Source: SAR202 cluster bacterium
GTDB lineage: Bacteria; Chloroflexota; Dehalococcoidia; Lucifugimonadales; VXLM01
Assembly (NCBI GenBank): GCA_022448725.1
Contig: JAKUTR010000002.1
Location: 60,535 to 124,534 of the forward strand
DNA: 64,000 nucleotides
Direction of reading: 5' to 3'
Notes under the pieces: model-generated
The model's input: the letters and a program-made list of their open reading frames with translations, nothing else
The model's database searches: none
What the model was told of the DNA's origin: nothing
Made by a program: the position numbers and the translations under genes
Shown: positions 63,846-64,000 of the stretch, piece after piece
Layout of the letters: every line of letters begins with the position of its first letter
Position numbering within the stretch: the first letter of the stretch is position 1

Positions 63846-64000
63846 TTTCTTGGAAACTGTTCCATGTGAAAGAGCCTACAAACAGCATCGAATAAAGTGC
63901 ATAAAAACACCATAAATCACATGTGCCTTAAAATGAACGAGCCCGCAAGCATGCGAGCCCGTGTCTATCAAATCAATGAGGTGGGAGTAGGTTATTCGAG

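Noticed and set aside
1-64000. Mobile elements, prophage, CRISPR arrays, defence islands, rRNA operons
   Set aside because: I saw no transposase, integrase, recombinase or Cas-like ORFs, no regularly spaced repeats, and no long direct or inverted terminal repeats while reading intergenic regions. The tRNA-Ser pair has no adjacent integrase or att-like duplication.

Overview
The window is a dense, syntenic-looking stretch of chromosome with about 60 protein genes on both strands. I found no transposase, integrase, CRISPR array or rRNA. The gene content points to a Chloroflexota genome, plausibly a marine SAR202-like heterotroph; this is inference, not proof. The evidence is a 1516-aa GT-C/'Chlor_Arch_YYY' membrane protein, a long Bacillus-type SRP RNA, and many amidohydrolase, amidase, enolase-superfamily and PhyH-type catabolic genes.

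Housekeeping genes I recognise are glyA, ispE, an exonuclease-DinG fusion, rph, plsY, a RumA/RlmD-type methyltransferase, glnA, amt-glnK, rnc, ruvB and an ABC-F ATPase. RNA genes not visible in the ORF track are a ~267-nt SRP RNA (3819..4085, minus) and two tandem tRNA-Ser genes (22781..23001, minus).

The main candidate for a new system is the divergent cluster at about 50.8-61.8 kb. It holds the membrane half of a Na+-translocating biotin decarboxylase (an OadG-like protein, an OadB-like protein and a free biotin carrier). It has no canonical carboxyltransferase and no biotin carboxylase. It faces a pxpA-pxpB-pxpC operon head-to-head. The PxpC there carries a C-terminal extension that mimics the N-terminal docking segment of the neighbouring biotin carrier.

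Other leads:
- A three-member uncharacterised TIM-barrel-like paralog family, with one copy inside the decarboxylase operon.
- A PhyH-family oxygenase whose WHxD motif reads WHGG, which is halogenase-like.
- A near-identical GTAAC-n6-GTAAC direct-repeat operator upstream of both glnA and amt.
- A fusion of a peptidase-S51-like domain to a CysRS C-terminal tail.

All functional calls rest on motif recognition by eye. No database search was run.
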